This document shows positions 23,336 to 24,732 of a stretch of 24,732 nt of DNA, one piece after another; position 1 is the first letter of the stretch, and every line of letters starts with the position of its first letter. Made by a program: the position numbers and the translations under genes. Under the pieces are notes generated by a model. It ran no database searches, was not told where the DNA came from, and saw only the letters and a list, made by a program, of their open reading frames with translations. The stretch is from positions 1 to 24,732 of the IMG/VR virus record IMGVR_UViG_3300048026_000426. One strand, 5' to 3'. Source of the DNA: a virus. Lineage: Duplodnaviria > Caudoviricetes.

Positions 23336-24732
23336 ATGCAAATACACAACAAAGTAGCCAACGATTTATATGGCGTTTTAGCCAAAAAGTTTACTAAATT
23401 GACTATTGCAGATAGTCAAGCAGTAACTACAGTTGAACCATCAGAAGGTAGAATTTTTACTTTAGAATATGGTGCAAGTGGGAAAAGTTATGGCAGTGTC
23501 ACTGTAAACGTAGTAGATCCTAATGCTTTGGTAGTTTATTATAATACTAATATTAGTGAAGATATGCGTTACAATGATAAAAAAGATTGGTATGCTTTTT
23601 TAAAAGAATTAAGATATTTTTCTAAAAGAAATTTAATGAGTTTTGATGTTCGTAACATCGGTAAGCAACAGTTGGATAAAACTGATTATGCTTATATAAA
23701 AAATAACGACAACAGTTATGATAGTTCAGAAGTAACTTTTGAAAGTAAATTAACTGGCACACTAAAAACATCTTATCAACCATTTGGTGAAAATGTTAAA
23801 TTAATTATTAAACATAAAACACCAGTTGATGAAACTGTACGTGGTTCTAGAAGTAGAAGCATACATAGTTTGTATATAGAAAATGCCGATCAAGGAAGAT
23901 TTAAACTTCCTTTTAAAAGTTTAATTGCCGCGAGAGCAATGGCAAATCACGTTGCAAACAACGGATCATATGATGATGAAATTGGACAGCACATACATGA
24001 AATAACACAAGAAGCCTACGATTTAACAAGGTTTGTTAAAACTTTCAGACGTGCTGATAACTTTGCTGAACAAGATGAAGCACAGAAAATTATTGAACAA
24101 GCAAAACAACGTTATCAAGGTATTAGAGAAACTTTAAAAAGTTTATCAAAGCCTAAAGGATACGCAAGTTATGTAGAACAATATAAACCAACAGAAGATA
24201 ATGTTGAACAAGCAGACTTAGATGAAATTAGAGGAAAGTTAGTTCGCATTCAAAAAGATAATATAGTAGACACAATACTGCCAAATTTGGCTAGAGGGAT
24301 TAATAAAATGAAAGTACAAGAAACTGATAAATCTTTAGCACACAATCTTGCAAAAGATCCAAGTGCTAATTTAGAATTACGTCCGCATCCAGAAGAAGAT
24401 GCAGATATTAAAAATTATATGGCTCATATCAAAAAGATGATCATAAGAAAAGACAAAACTTCTGAAAATCCACAAGATGGTATTGTTAGAAAAATTATTA
24501 TGTCGTTAGCAAAACGTAGTGTTGACGATGCACTTTCTTTAGCAATAAGTGAGTTAGGTTCTATGGACAGTAAAGAAGATAAAACAGCGGCTTATCAGTT
24601 AGCCTCTAAATATTTAAAAGGCAAAGTTTCAGAGATTCCCCATCCTACTAAAAATAAAGCAAAAACAGAAGAAGACCAATACGAAAGTATAATGAATAAT
24701 TTATCAGAAGGTACTTGGGCAATTCCAGATAC
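23336..24732 (+). CDS. Large hypothetical protein, 3'-truncated (likely virion/head associated)
   Basis: Not in the ORF track because it has no stop in the window. Reads MQIHNKVANDLYGVLAKKF...WYAFLKELRYFSKRNLMSFDVRNI...RSRSIHSLYIEN..GRFKLPF..LIAARAMANHV...NLSEGTWAIPD, open to the window end. Confidence 0.85.
   Translation, partial: MQIHNKVANDLYGVLAKKFTKLTIADSQAVTTVEPSEGRIFTLEYGASGKSYGSVTVNVVDPNALVVYYNTNISEDMRYNDKKDWYAFLKELRYFSKRNLMSFDVRNIGKQQLDKTDYAYIKNNDNSYDSSEVTFESKLTGTLKTSYQPFGENVKLIIKHKTPVDETVRGSRSRSIHSLYIENADQGRFKLPFKSLIAARAMANHVANNGSYDDEIGQHIHEITQEAYDLTRFVKTFRRADNFAEQDEAQKIIEQAKQRYQGIRETLKSLSKPKGYASYVEQYKPTEDNVEQADLDEIRGKLVRIQKDNIVDTILPNLARGINKMKVQETDKSLAHNLAKDPSANLELRPHPEEDADIKNYMAHIKKMIIRKDKTSENPQDGIVRKIIMSLAKRSVDDALSLAISELGSMDSKEDKTAAYQLASKYLKGKVSEIPHPTKNKAKTEEDQYESIMNNLSEGTWAIPD

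Noticed and set aside
478-23347. Short alternative-frame and antisense ORFs in the track (e.g. 478-660, 2979-3209, 4489-4743, 4701-5105, 7178-7573, 8157-8704, 9353-9731, 10484-10971, 11431-11994, 13500-15900 minus, 16733-17276, 18319-18516, 19094-19438, 20579-21040, 21454-21729, 23162-23347)
   Set aside because: They overlap well-supported genes, lack SD or promoter support and recognisable motifs, and look like shadow ORFs.
1-24732. tRNA, rRNA, CRISPR array, DGR template/variable repeats, stop-codon recoding
   Set aside because: No cloverleaf, spaced direct repeats, reverse transcriptase or near-identical nucleotide repeats were seen by eye. TAA, TAG and TGA all end genes and the ORFs tile the window under code 11.

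Overview
AT-rich window (roughly one-third GC by eye) from the virion-morphogenesis region of a large T4-related myovirus, standard genetic code, almost fully coding. The right three-quarters holds rearranged T4-type structural and packaging genes: gp15 and gp14 (minus strand), a sigma70-driven conserved hypothetical, gp13, dNMP kinase, a degenerate HNH/zinc-finger gene (minus strand), an enlarged 1058-aa tail sheath, tail tube, a tube-initiator-like protein, gp4, a probable small terminase, putative internal head proteins, the large terminase, and a 3'-truncated large ORF missing from the ORF track. Ten T4 late-promoter-like (TA)TAAATA boxes precede gene starts. The left 6.8 kb is the most unusual part. 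It is a tightly coupled cassette of a 5'-truncated fibre protein ending in a six-bladed Kelch-like propeller, a fibre-assembly-like protein, a U32-type Fe-S protein fused to a SAM methyltransferase, a 2OG-Fe(II) oxygenase, a coiled-coil protein and a DUF401/IT-like membrane protein. A late-promoter-driven Maf/GT42-like glycosyltransferase follows. I interpret this as a candidate virion or fibre modification system. Other signals: all 29 Ala-Ala codon pairs I checked avoid GCWGC, the sheath carries flagellin-like inserts, a small beta-module is shared by fibre, neck and sheath proteins, and one protein starts with a T4-type capsid-targeting peptide. All family calls come from motif recognition by eye, not from database searches. 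No tRNA, rRNA, CRISPR array or mobile element was seen.
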